Positions 9,682 to 19,582 of a DNA stretch of 64,000 bases are shown piece by piece. The notes beneath the pieces are model-generated. The model was given only the letters and a program-made list of their open reading frames with translations, was not told the origin of the DNA and did no database searches. The stretch spans positions 8,407-72,406 of the forward strand of contig JBNJFB010000006.1 in NCBI GenBank assembly GCA_051746405.1, read 5' to 3'. Source of the stretch: Campylobacterota bacterium. Lineage in GTDB: Bacteria > Campylobacterota > Campylobacteria > Campylobacterales > Arcobacteraceae. A program made the translations under genes and the position numbers. Numbering within the stretch: position 1 is the stretch's first letter; each line of letters opens with the position of its first letter.

Positions 9682-10503
9682 ATGAAAAACATTTTAATCA
9701 CAGGTTGTTCTTCAGGTATTGGACTTCAAACAGCAATCACACTTAAAGAAAACAGATACAAAGTCTATGCAACAGCAAGAAAAGAAGAAGATGTACAAAT
9801 GCTAAAAGAGTTAGGGTTTGATGCACACAAAGTTGATGTTACAAATAAAGAAAATATAGAAAATATACTAAAGTATATTTTAAAAGAAGACAAAAAATTA
9901 GATGCAGTATTTAACAATGCAGGTTATGGACAGCCAGGTGCCATAGAAGACGTAAGTGTAGAGAGTTTAAAAAAACAGTTTGAAACAAACGTGTTTGGTC
10001 TACATGAAGTTACACTTCAAACTATGGAGATATTTAGAAAACAAGGTTTTGGCAAGATTATTCAACACTCTTCTGTTTTAGGAATTATCTCTTTAAAATT
10101 TAGAGGTGCATATAATGCTTCAAAATATGCTATTGAGGGCTTAGCTGATACTATGAGACAAGAAGTTATGGATAGTAATATTTATATCTCTTCTATAAAT
10201 ACAGGACCTGTTACTTCAAAGTTTAGACAAAATGCACTAAAAAACTTTAATGAAAATATAGATATAGAAAATAGCTTTTTTAAAGACATATATAACCAAG
10301 AACTAAAAATAAGATTAGAAAATAAAGAGGATAACACTCCATTTAACCTACCTGCAAGTTCTGTTGCAGATGTTGTTTTAAAGATTATGCAAGCAACAAA
10401 ACCAAAACCTAGATACTATGTAACAAAAGCCACCTATCTTCTAGGATTTGCAAAAAGAGTCTTATCAACATCTCTATTAGATAAACTTCTAAATAAGATA
10501 TAA
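9682..10503 (+). CDS. short-chain dehydrogenase/reductase (YbbO-like)
   Basis: TGCSSGIG, NNAG and YNASK catalytic motifs. Confidence 0.9.
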   Translation: MKNILITGCSSGIGLQTAITLKENRYKVYATARKEEDVQMLKELGFDAHKVDVTNKENIENILKYILKEDKKLDAVFNNAGYGQPGAIEDVSVESLKKQFETNVFGLHEVTLQTMEIFRKQGFGKIIQHSSVLGIISLKFRGAYNASKYAIEGLADTMRQEVMDSNIYISSINTGPVTSKFRQNALKNFNENIDIENSFFKDIYNQELKIRLENKEDNTPFNLPASSVADVVLKIMQATKPKPRYYVTKATYLLGFAKRVLSTSLLDKLLNKI

Positions 10504-10513
10504 TTTTTATATC

Positions 10514-11161
10514 TTATAACTTTTTCATACTCTTAATATGTTTTTTTATCAAATTTGAAACACAGCTATGTAAAAGCTCTAAAAAAAGCTCTCTTTTGAG
10601 AAAAACTTCTGAAAGCTTATAGTTATTTGAAGATAGATTTGTTTCATTTACTAAAGTTTCTGAATATAACTGTTCATTTTTTTCATTTATTACTTTTAAT
10701 TGCATATATATTTTCATATATGCATTATTTGTAAAGAGACTTTTATCTATTTCATACTTTATTACATGTAAATGTATACTATTATTTGCACCAAAAGGTA
10801 CGTATTTGTCTTTATAGAAGTTATCACTTCTCATCTGTTTAGTAAACTCTTCTTTTATTTCACTCTCAAGTGAGATATTAAACTTCTGCAAAGCTTTTTG
10901 AAAATTTAAACCTTTGCTATTTTTAATATCAGGGGTTACACTACTTCCTATATGAACACCCATATTTTTAAAAATATACCCACCAAAACCTAAGTTTAAA
11001 GAGACAGGAGACTTTACTGTTTTTGGAGTTTGTGCTACTAAGATATCATCACTTAGGGATATTGAAGTTAGATTATTATTAAAGTTTGGTTGATTTTTTG
11101 AAGTACATCCCACAACAAAAAAAACTAAAAAAGTTAAAAATATATATTTAAAATAGACCAT
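10514..11161 (-). CDS. hypothetical lipoprotein
   Basis: Hydrophobic leader with a VVGC lipobox; no recognised domain. Confidence 0.6.
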   Translation of the reverse strand: MVYFKYIFLTFLVFFVVGCTSKNQPNFNNNLTSISLSDDILVAQTPKTVKSPVSLNLGFGGYIFKNMGVHIGSSVTPDIKNSKGLNFQKALQKFNISLESEIKEEFTKQMRSDNFYKDKYVPFGANNSIHLHVIKYEIDKSLFTNNAYMKIYMQLKVINEKNEQLYSETLVNETNLSSNNYKLSEVFLKRELFLELLHSCVSNLIKKHIKSMKKL

Positions 11162-11195
11162 AAAACACCCTCACATAATAGTTTTATAAAAATTT

Positions 11196-12680
11196 TTATC
11201 CTACAACTAAATCTTTTCCTTGCTTTTTTGCTCTATAAAGATTTTCATCTACCCTTGCAAAAAGAGTCTTTATACTATCTTCACGCCTAAACTCACCTGC
11301 TCCAACACTTGTAGTAATACTTCTACTTATAAAATCAAAGTAATACTCTCTTAAGTTTTTAGCTATTTTCTCACCTATTTGTATGGCATTTTCTAGATTG
11401 GTTTCAGGCATAATTACCAAAAACTCTTCACCTCCCCAACGTCCTACCATATCAGATTTTCTAACACTTTTTTGCAGTATATCTGAAAATATTTTCAAAA
11501 CAACATCTCCTGTTTGATGACCAAAAGTGTCATTTAAAACTTTAAAATCATCCAAATCCAATATCAAAATAGAAAAGGTATTTCCATATCTTCTAAATCT
11601 TATCACCTCATAGTTTAAAAACTCATCGGTTTTTACTCTATTATAAAGTCCTGTCAAAGAGTCAGTAGTTGCTAACTTTTCTAACTGTTTATTTACTTCT
11701 TTTAGCTCTTTTGTTCTTTTTTCTACTTCTCCTTGAAGCTCATAAGTAAAGTTATAAATTCTTTTACCCATTGTATTAAAAGCAACAATTGCTTGGCTTA
11801 TTTCATCATTTCCATATGTTTTTATTGGTATAAACTCATCATTTTCATACTGTCTTGATGCTTCTTTAAGTGCATTTATTGGTTTTACAATCAAAGTAGA
11901 TAAATATCTAGCTACAAAATAGGTAATAATCAATAATATACAATATAGTATAAAAATATTTACAATTATTTTATTTAATGCATTATAATAATAATCATAG
12001 GGTAGTAGTGTAACTTGACAAGAAGATGAACTAGGAAGTTCATCACAAGTTGATGTTATAAACTTTTTACCATTTAAACTTATTACATCTTTTAGTTTTA
12101 ACTCTTCTTTAGTATAAGATTTATAGTCATCTTTTGTAATAAGCCAGTTTTTTTCCTTACTTTTTATATAAAGATGAGTAATATTATAGAATTTATCCTC
12201 AGATAACTTATTTTGTAAAAAAAGTATTGGGTTTATTTTTACTATTACTTTTGCATTTTTAATACTAAAATCAAAACTCTGTTTTATTAATAACTCAGAA
12301 ATATTATCATTTTCATTAACTGCATTTATTAATACTTTATCATTTTTATAAAATGTCATAGATTTTAAATAAGGATGATTTTCAAATATTTGCTTAAACT
12401 TTTTTTTAGTTTTTGCAACGCCAACTATTGAAAGCCACTCTGTATTGTCATATGCAAGAACTATATCACCATCTTTTTCTAATGTTTTTAATAGTGCATA
12501 ATTATTACTAATAATAGATTTTAGTGAATCTTTATAGGTTTTATTTACCACTTTTGCCTGTATTTTTTGATTGTTAATCAATACAGATTCAAAGTGAATG
12601 TAATATGCCCATGCAGATAGAATAAATGCAAAGGTAAATACAAATATAAATCCAAAAAGAATTTTATGTTTTATTGTCAT
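11196..12680 (-). CDS. membrane diguanylate cyclase (periplasmic sensor-HAMP-GGDEF)
   Basis: Two TMs, a HAMP domain (KPINAL...DEISQAIVAFNTM), TDSLTGLYNR, RKSD I-site and GGEEF active site. Confidence 0.9.
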   Translation of the reverse strand: MTIKHKILFGFIFVFTFAFILSAWAYYIHFESVLINNQKIQAKVVNKTYKDSLKSIISNNYALLKTLEKDGDIVLAYDNTEWLSIVGVAKTKKKFKQIFENHPYLKSMTFYKNDKVLINAVNENDNISELLIKQSFDFSIKNAKVIVKINPILFLQNKLSEDKFYNITHLYIKSKEKNWLITKDDYKSYTKEELKLKDVISLNGKKFITSTCDELPSSSSCQVTLLPYDYYYNALNKIIVNIFILYCILLIITYFVARYLSTLIVKPINALKEASRQYENDEFIPIKTYGNDEISQAIVAFNTMGKRIYNFTYELQGEVEKRTKELKEVNKQLEKLATTDSLTGLYNRVKTDEFLNYEVIRFRRYGNTFSILILDLDDFKVLNDTFGHQTGDVVLKIFSDILQKSVRKSDMVGRWGGEEFLVIMPETNLENAIQIGEKIAKNLREYYFDFISRSITTSVGAGEFRREDSIKTLFARVDENLYRAKKQGKDLVVG

Positions 12681-12686
12681 AATTCT

Positions 12687-13643
12687 CTACTTAATTTTTG
12701 AAACTAATTCATTATAATCTTCAAGTGTCATACCAGTGTAATATTCTAGCTTTTTAGAGAACTTATTTGATAGTTTATACTCTTTGATAAATTCATCTAC
12801 TTTTTTATTTAAAACTTTTGTATTATGACTTAAACCCCATGCTAAAAATTTCTTTTTAACACTTACGGGAAAATATGGTCTTATATTTTCACTATAGTAA
12901 CTATTAGAAAAAAGTCTAAAAACAATTCCTAAACTGTCATTTATACTAACATCAATTGTTTTATTAGCTAAATAGTGATAAATAAGCTTACCATCATACT
13001 TTTCATTTACAGGAAATACATAAAGATTCACCTTATCATCTCTAATCTCATATCTTTTTTTAGGTTTTACAGAGTCTTTACTTTTATCTACATAAACCAT
13101 ATTATAAGGTATTTCTCTTTTGTTAAGCTCTTTTTTAAATACATCCAAAAATGCCATACTTTCATACAGTAGTATCTTTTTACCAACTAAGTCATAATAG
13201 TTTTTAATTGGTTTATTTATATCACCAAAAAAAAGCTCCATATTCTCTATATAAGGACTCATATGCACTAGCTTCTCTCTTTTAGCAGTTATAGTAAATG
13301 CTTCAGGTACTAAATCAACTCTATTGTAAATATCTGGTGTTTTATTTTTTTGACTTTTTAAAAGTACAACATCATCACTTTTCCAAAAATCAGAAAAAGA
13401 GTCCACTGTATAAACTTCAAGTTTTAAGTCATTCTCATTAGCAAATGCTAGTGCCATTTCATACAAAAACCCTGGATAATCTTTACTTTTAGAGTCATAT
13501 CCCAATGAAGACATATCTCTAATAGCAATCTTTAAAACCCCTGATTGTTTAATCTCTTGCCATGGTCTAGCTAAAACCTCTAAGCTAAAAAAAGTTTGTG
13601 ATATTAAGGCTACCATTATTAAATAATATTTGAACGATTTCAT
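12687..13643 (-). CDS. periplasmic solute-binding protein (SBP_bac_3/MltF-like fold)
   Basis: Signal peptide, then ARPWQEIKQSGVLKIAIR, GFLYEMALAFA and TITAKREKLVHMSPY, typical of family 3 solute-binding proteins. Confidence 0.7.
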   Translation of the reverse strand: MKSFKYYLIMVALISQTFFSLEVLARPWQEIKQSGVLKIAIRDMSSLGYDSKSKDYPGFLYEMALAFANENDLKLEVYTVDSFSDFWKSDDVVLLKSQKNKTPDIYNRVDLVPEAFTITAKREKLVHMSPYIENMELFFGDINKPIKNYYDLVGKKILLYESMAFLDVFKKELNKREIPYNMVYVDKSKDSVKPKKRYEIRDDKVNLYVFPVNEKYDGKLIYHYLANKTIDVSINDSLGIVFRLFSNSYYSENIRPYFPVSVKKKFLAWGLSHNTKVLNKKVDEFIKEYKLSNKFSKKLEYYTGMTLEDYNELVSKIK

Positions 13644-13738
13644 ATCTTTTTCCTAGTGTGAAGATATTTAAAATAAGTCTGTCTTATATCATTTTAACGG
13701 TATAAATATTAAAGTATTATAAATATTAAAAAAAGCTT

Positions 13739-13763
13739 ATAAAGAAGAGGAGACTCTTCTTTA
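13739..13763. terminator. intrinsic terminator hairpin after fccB
   Basis: ATAAAGAAGAG-GAGA-CTCTTCTTTAT inverted repeat directly after the fccB stop. Confidence 0.7.
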
Positions 13764-13766
13764 TTT

Positions 13767-15044
13767 TTATGAGAAAATATCTGCCATTTGGTTTTGATAC
13801 CAACCAACAGCATACTCAGCTTCTTGCTTCCTAAATGATTCATCAGCAATCATAGGACTTAATCCACCAGCACCTTTTACTTTTTTAATTTTATCTTCAT
13901 GTGCTTCATATACAGCTGCAACTGAAATACCATATTTTGGACCAACTAAACTATAACAAGTATTAGCTAATTTTGGAGGATTTACTACTGATTGTTTTTT
14001 TAACAATCTTGAAATCTGTAAAGCAGTAATTTTAGCTTGAGAGTTTGCAGAGAAGCCTGATTTTGGCATTTTTGTAGCTATTGCTGCATCACCAATTACA
14101 TGTACATTTTTTACAAGTCTTGACTCAAATGTTTTTGTATTTACAGGACACCATTCACCTTGTGTCAGTCCTGAATCAAATGCTAACTTACCTGCTTTTT
14201 GTGAAGGTATATAGTTTAATACATCTGCTTTTATTACACCATCTTCAGTTGTAACTTCTAGCTTTTTAGGGTCAACTGATAACACTTTTCCACCAAATGT
14301 ATAGTTTCTCCACTCTATCATATCACCATAAAGTTGCCCCCAACCTTGTTGGAAAAGTGATTGTTTAGAAAACTTATCTTTTTGGTCTAAAATAATAATT
14401 CTAGAGTTAGGCTTATTTGTTTTTAAATAGTGAGCCACTAAAGAGATTCTTTCGTATGGTCCAGGAGGACATCTAAATGGATTAGGTGGTGCTACCATTA
14501 CATATGTTCCACCATCTTTCATTGCTTCTAGTTGCTGATTTAAAAGAGTAGTTTGTGCACCTGCTTTGTATGCGTGTGGAGCATATTTTTCAGAACCCTC
14601 TACATAACCTTTTTCGTATTTAAAGTCAATTCCAGGAGAGACAACAGCTCTATGATATGGTATTACATCACCATTTTCTAAGATTACACTACTTGTATCA
14701 CCATCAACTTTTTTAACTCTTTCATGAATTACTTTTATTTTATATTTACTTTCTAAAGTTTTATAATCATGCTTTATATACTCTATATCATTTAAACCTG
14801 CAATTACAGTATTTCCAAATGGACAAGTATAGTACTCTTTGTTTTGCTCGATTAATATAACTTCAGTTTCAGGGCTGAATCTTTTTAAATATTTAGCAGC
14901 AGTTGCACCACCAAAACCACCACCTACAACAACAACTCTTTTTCTATCTTTTGGTAAAGAAACACTAGTGATACTACTACATGCAGTAAAAGAAAGCGCA
15001 ATAGAACCAACTAACAGTTTATTAAAATTTCTTCTATTCATCAT
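13767..15044 (-). CDS. fccB: flavocytochrome c sulfide dehydrogenase, flavoprotein subunit (FccB/SoxF)
   Basis: Tat RRNF motif, GGGFGG, YTCPFGN (FAD-linked Cys), and the redox Cys pair in FRCPPGPYER and NTCYSL. Confidence 0.88.
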   Translation of the reverse strand: MMNRRNFNKLLVGSIALSFTACSSITSVSLPKDRKRVVVVGGGFGGATAAKYLKRFSPETEVILIEQNKEYYTCPFGNTVIAGLNDIEYIKHDYKTLESKYKIKVIHERVKKVDGDTSSVILENGDVIPYHRAVVSPGIDFKYEKGYVEGSEKYAPHAYKAGAQTTLLNQQLEAMKDGGTYVMVAPPNPFRCPPGPYERISLVAHYLKTNKPNSRIIILDQKDKFSKQSLFQQGWGQLYGDMIEWRNYTFGGKVLSVDPKKLEVTTEDGVIKADVLNYIPSQKAGKLAFDSGLTQGEWCPVNTKTFESRLVKNVHVIGDAAIATKMPKSGFSANSQAKITALQISRLLKKQSVVNPPKLANTCYSLVGPKYGISVAAVYEAHEDKIKKVKGAGGLSPMIADESFRKQEAEYAVGWYQNQMADIFS

Positions 15045-15054
15045 CTTTTATCCT

Positions 15055-15351
15055 TTATCTCTTTACTTTTGAAAAATAGTAAGCTATTTGTTCTAATTCA
15101 GCATCTGTGAAACCTTTTACGTGCTTTTGCATCATAGTACCTTCTCTTACACCATTTTTATAATCAAGTAAAGTTTGATATAAACCCTCTTTACCCATTC
15201 CTGCCAAGTATGGAGTAATAGTTTGAGATTTTCCATCTGTACCATGACAAGATGCACAAGATAGTGACAACATTTTCCCTTGAAGCTCGTCATATTCTAC
15301 ACCAAATGACAAGCTATAAAGAGATACAAGAATAACTGCTATTCTTTTCAT
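15055..15351 (-). CDS. fccA: monoheme cytochrome c subunit of sulfide dehydrogenase
   Basis: Signal peptide, CASCH heme motif and distal Met (GTMM). Start placed at ATG 15351 behind a GGGG RBS; directly upstream of fccB. Confidence 0.8.
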   Translation of the reverse strand: MKRIAVILVSLYSLSFGVEYDELQGKMLSLSCASCHGTDGKSQTITPYLAGMGKEGLYQTLLDYKNGVREGTMMQKHVKGFTDAELEQIAYYFSKVKR

Positions 15352-15438
15352 TCTAGCCCCTTTTTTTATGTTTTTGTTGAGTGTTTTACTCAACAAAACA
15401 ATTATAAAACAAGAACGTAACAAAAGTGTAGCATTTGA

Positions 15439-16239
15439 TTATGTTTTTTGAATATCTTTTTGATTAAACCTAAATTGAAGATAATCAGAGATTTGCATTA
15501 AGCAAAAAGTAATTATAAAAATCATTAAACCAGGAAAAAAACTAACCCACCAAGCAATATCAATAACATTTTTTCCATCACTAAGTAAACTTCCCCATGA
15601 CATATCAGGTGCCATAACACCAAGTCCCAAAAAAGACAATCCAGACTCAGCTAAAATCGCTCCACCAACACCAAAAGTAAATGAAATAAGAAAAATTGGA
15701 GCTAATAAAACTGCAAAATATTTAAAAACTATCTTATAAGTAGGAACATTCGCTATTTTTAAAATTTTTATAAAAGGTTTATTACTAATTGCAAAACTTT
15801 CACTTCTAATAAGTCTAGCAGTTGCCATCCACCCTGTAAGTGAAATTACTATTATTAACACAGCAGTTGAAGCTTGTATATAAGATACTAAAGCTAAAAG
15901 TAAAAAAAAGGTTGGAAAGGTCAAAAACAGATCAATAAGTATTGTTATAGTTTTATCAACTTTTCCTTTAAAAAAACCTGCATTTATACCTATAAACAGT
16001 CCTATTATAGAAGATATTGTAGCTGAAAGAAATCCTATAATTAAAGAGGTTTGACCACCTTGTAAAACCCTAGCTAAAACATCTCGCCCTAATCTATCTG
16101 TACCAAACAAATGACTTAGTGAGGGTGATTGAAGAATTTTCTGTGGATTTAATTCATAGGGGGATATTGTATAGAAAAGTGGCAAGAAAAATACTAATAA
16201 GATAGTAGTTATTAGTAAAGATAAAGCCACCTTTGGCAT
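15439..16239 (-). CDS. ABC transporter permease (DppC/OppC family)
   Basis: HLFGTDRLGRD, ESGLSFLGLG and PDMSWG motifs. Confidence 0.9.
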   Translation of the reverse strand: MPKVALSLLITTILLVFFLPLFYTISPYELNPQKILQSPSLSHLFGTDRLGRDVLARVLQGGQTSLIIGFLSATISSIIGLFIGINAGFFKGKVDKTITILIDLFLTFPTFFLLLALVSYIQASTAVLIIVISLTGWMATARLIRSESFAISNKPFIKILKIANVPTYKIVFKYFAVLLAPIFLISFTFGVGGAILAESGLSFLGLGVMAPDMSWGSLLSDGKNVIDIAWWVSFFPGLMIFIITFCLMQISDYLQFRFNQKDIQKT

Positions 16240-16242
16240 GAT

Positions 16243-16842
16243 TTAGTCCTGCTTTGTATAAGTGAAGTAAGACAGTGAACTCTTACCAAATTTTTTAGTT
16301 CTATGAAGAGTAAATTTACCCAAATTTTCTGGAACATCTAATTTAGACACGTGTTCTAAAACAATCAAGTAAATATTTTCATTTTCAATCTCTTCAATCA
16401 TATTAAAACTTTTTTTGTAAATATCATCCATCCCATCTCTATAATCAAATGGTGGGTCAATATATAATATTATCTCATCACTTGAGTTTTTTAAACTATT
16501 TAAAATACTTGGTGTTTGAATAAACGTATCACCTTGCATTGTTTGACATGAGTCCATATCTATAGCTTTACAGTTTCTTACTAAAACATTATATGAGTCT
16601 TTATTTAACTCCACAAAGTAGCTTCTTTTTGCATCTCTACTTATTGCTTCTAAACCAATAGAACCAGAACCTGCAAATGACTCTATAAAGATTTTACCTA
16701 TTATATCAAACTGCAAAACATTAAAAAAAGACTCTTTTAGTCTTGCTTTAGAGCTTCTTGTAACCTCCAAAGGTGGCAACTCTAAAGCTCTATTTTTATA
16801 CTTCCCTGCAATAACTCTTGTAGTTGGCTTACTATTTTTCAT
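16243..16842 (-). CDS. rsmD: 16S rRNA m2G966 methyltransferase
   Basis: RVIAGKYK, FAGSGSIGLEAISR and DPPF. Confidence 0.9.
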   Translation of the reverse strand: MKNSKPTTRVIAGKYKNRALELPPLEVTRSSKARLKESFFNVLQFDIIGKIFIESFAGSGSIGLEAISRDAKRSYFVELNKDSYNVLVRNCKAIDMDSCQTMQGDTFIQTPSILNSLKNSSDEIILYIDPPFDYRDGMDDIYKKSFNMIEEIENENIYLIVLEHVSKLDVPENLGKFTLHRTKKFGKSSLSYFTYTKQD

Positions 16843-16850
16843 CTTTTTCC

Positions 16851-18395
16851 TTATCTAGCATAACTTTGAGCTCTAAGCTCTCTTATTACATTTACTTTTA
16901 TCTCACCTGGATATTGTACTTTTTCTTCTATTTCTTGGGCTATTTCAGTTGCTAATAATACAGCTTCATCATCATTTACTAATTCAGCTTGAACTACTAC
17001 TCTAACTTCTCTACCTGCATTTATTGCAAAAGCATTTATAACACCCATTTTAGAAGTGGATATATTTTCAACCTCTTCTACTCTTTTTAAGAAGCTTTCT
17101 AATACTTCTCTTCTAGCCCCAGGTCTAGCTGCACTTATAGCATCAGCTGCACAAACAGATGCACTCTCTACATTTATAGGCTCCTCATGCCCATGGTGAG
17201 CATAAATTGCATTTATAACAGTTTCTGGCTCATCATATCTTCTACATATATCTGCACCTAAATCCACATGCGAACCTGGCATCTCATGAGTAAGAGCTTT
17301 TCCTATATCATGAAGTAATCCAGCACGTCTTGCTAGTATAGGGTCACCACCCATTTGACCTGCTAATAGTCCTGATAAATAAGATACTTCTAAAGTATGA
17401 GCTAATGCATTTTGTCCATATGAAGCTCTGTATCTTAATTTACCAATTAGTTTAATTAGTTCAGGGTGCATAGATTTTACACCAAGTTCGAGTATTACAT
17501 CCTCACCCTCTTTTTGAATATTTCTATCAAATTCAGATTTTACTTTATTGTAAACCTCTTCAATTCTAGTTGGTTGTATTCTTCCATCTTCTAATAACTC
17601 TTTTATAGTTTTTGTAGCCACTGCTCTTCTATAAAGATTAAAAGATGATACAGTAATATTATTAGGTGTATCATCAATAATAATATCAACTCCCATTTGC
17701 ATCTCTAAGGCTTTAATATTTCTACCTTCTTTACCTATAATCTTACCCTTTGTCTCTTCATCACTTAAAGGTATATTATTTATAAGTCTTTCTGCTGCAA
17801 ACTCACCTGCATATCTTGTAACTGCGTGCGATAGCATGTTATTTATTTCACTCTTACAGTTTTCTTCAGCTAGCTTATATTTTTTTCTAAATATTGAAGC
17901 TATTTTTGCACGACTATCCTCTTTTACTTTTTTTATCATTAACTCTGTTGCTTCATTAATAGTAAGTCCTGAAGCATTTTCTAGTATTCGTATAGCTTCA
18001 TCTGTTTTCTCTTGGTAAGTTTTCTTTTGCTTTTCTAAGCCTTGCTTAATAGTTGAAATTTTTTTATTTTTTTCAATTATCTCTTTTTTCTCTTTTTTTA
18101 TTGCATCAAGTTCAGTCTCTAAATGCTCATTTAACTCTTTTTCTTTTCTTTCTATTTTTGCAAGCATAGAGTCATACTCTCTTCTTGCACTTTTAAACTC
18201 CCTATCACAATCAGTCTTAGCTTTTAGTTGTGCCTCTTTTAAAGCAACTTCTGCTTCATGCTCTATCACTTTTGCTTTTGCTTTTGCTTGTTCGATAAAA
18301 ACTTGAAATTTTGCTTTATCAATTTTTCGAACTACAAAAATACTAACAGCACAACTTATTAATGCTGAAGCTGCCCCTACAACAATCATCTCCAT
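16851..18395 (-). CDS. rny: ribonuclease Y
   Basis: N-terminal TM, coiled coil, KH domain (GKIIGKEGRNI), HD domain (LLHDIGK) and ARPGARRE. Confidence 0.95.
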   Translation of the reverse strand: MEMIVVGAASALISCAVSIFVVRKIDKAKFQVFIEQAKAKAKVIEHEAEVALKEAQLKAKTDCDREFKSARREYDSMLAKIERKEKELNEHLETELDAIKKEKKEIIEKNKKISTIKQGLEKQKKTYQEKTDEAIRILENASGLTINEATELMIKKVKEDSRAKIASIFRKKYKLAEENCKSEINNMLSHAVTRYAGEFAAERLINNIPLSDEETKGKIIGKEGRNIKALEMQMGVDIIIDDTPNNITVSSFNLYRRAVATKTIKELLEDGRIQPTRIEEVYNKVKSEFDRNIQKEGEDVILELGVKSMHPELIKLIGKLRYRASYGQNALAHTLEVSYLSGLLAGQMGGDPILARRAGLLHDIGKALTHEMPGSHVDLGADICRRYDEPETVINAIYAHHGHEEPINVESASVCAADAISAARPGARREVLESFLKRVEEVENISTSKMGVINAFAINAGREVRVVVQAELVNDDEAVLLATEIAQEIEEKVQYPGEIKVNVIRELRAQSYAR

Positions 18396-18406
18396 ATTTT
18401 AATACC

Positions 18407-18946
18407 TTAATTTGTAATTATATAATCTGCTTGTATATCATATCTATTAGAAAGAACTTTGTCGCTTTTGCAAAGTGTTAATTGAGTAAATACCATCGTA
18501 GGTTTATACTCTAATCTATCAAAAAACCTATCATACATACCTTTTCCAAAACCTACTCTTTTGCCTATTGCATCAACCCCCACAATTGGTACAATAGCCA
18601 AATCAATTTTTGAAGGTTTCAAAAAAGAGTTATTTGGCTCTTTTATACCAAACCTTTTTTTATGTAGTGGTAACCTATATTTTACGATTTTGAAACTATC
18701 ACCTTGCATAAAAGGAACATAAACATTTTTATTTTTATTTTTTCTTATTTTTTTAATTAAAGGCAAGGTGTTAACTTCAATACCCAAAGGTATATACAAC
18801 AATATATTTTTTGCTTTACTATTTTGTATAAAGTATTCTAGTTTATTAATAATTATTTTGTCTTTATAATACTTTGAAAAACCACATGAAAATTCTAATT
18901 TTTTTATACAATTTTTTCTAAAATCACTTTTGTGATTCACATCCAT
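18407..18946 (-). CDS. 5-formyltetrahydrofolate cyclo-ligase
   Basis: FGIKEP, IVPIVGVD and RVGFGKGMYDR. Confidence 0.9.
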   Translation of the reverse strand: MDVNHKSDFRKNCIKKLEFSCGFSKYYKDKIIINKLEYFIQNSKAKNILLYIPLGIEVNTLPLIKKIRKNKNKNVYVPFMQGDSFKIVKYRLPLHKKRFGIKEPNNSFLKPSKIDLAIVPIVGVDAIGKRVGFGKGMYDRFFDRLEYKPTMVFTQLTLCKSDKVLSNRYDIQADYIITN

Positions 18947-19007
18947 TTTTAAGCCTCTCTTGGGTAGAATTCGTACCCATCAAATAATTTTACCTAAAGG
19001 AATTAAA

Positions 19008-19574
19008 ATGCAGTTTAAAACCTTAGCATTTTTATCTATTTTATCTCTTTTATTTTTTTCTGGTTGCTTTGAAGATGATAAATCATCCAAAGAGAATGAA
19101 AAAGATAAAATAGAAGCTAAGCAAAAAATCAAAGAAAATACTATTAATCTTAAAACATTAGATAATAAGCCAATTACTATAATTAAAAGAGATAATAAAT
19201 ATGAAGTTAAACAGTACCCAAATAAAATAATTCTTTTAAATTTCTTTGCCACATGGTGCCCACCTTGTAAAGCAGAAATTCCAAACTTAATTGAACTGCA
19301 AGAAAAATATAATAAAGATTTTCAAGTTATTTCAATACTTATGGAAAAAGATAAAACAAACGAAGATATAAAAGAGTTTTCTTCACAGTTTAACATTAAC
19401 TTTGATATTACAAACTCAAAAGAGAACTTCAAGCTAGCTAAAAAAATTGGAGAGATTAAATCAATACCAACACTTTATATGCTTGATAAATATGGAGAGG
19501 TTTTCCAAAAGTATGTGGGACTTGTTCCTGTAGAGATGATGGAGATTGATATAAATAAAGTATTAAAAAAATAA
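19008..19574 (+). CDS. TlpA-family thioredoxin-like lipoprotein
   Basis: FSGC lipobox and NFFATWCPPC. Start placed at ATG 19008 after AAGGA. Confidence 0.88.
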   Translation: MQFKTLAFLSILSLLFFSGCFEDDKSSKENEKDKIEAKQKIKENTINLKTLDNKPITIIKRDNKYEVKQYPNKIILLNFFATWCPPCKAEIPNLIELQEKYNKDFQVISILMEKDKTNEDIKEFSSQFNINFDITNSKENFKLAKKIGEIKSIPTLYMLDKYGEVFQKYVGLVPVEMMEIDINKVLKK

Positions 19575-19582
19575 GGATTAAT

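Noticed and set aside
15439..16239. Lone DppC-like permease as partner of the SBP at 12687
   Set aside because: DppC permeases pair with family 5 SBPs. The genes are separated by fccAB and a terminator, and scattered ABC genes are common in this lineage.
18947..19007. 6S RNA, often found upstream of 5-formyl-THF cyclo-ligase
   Set aside because: The gap is only 61 bp and shared with a divergent gene, too short for 6S RNA.
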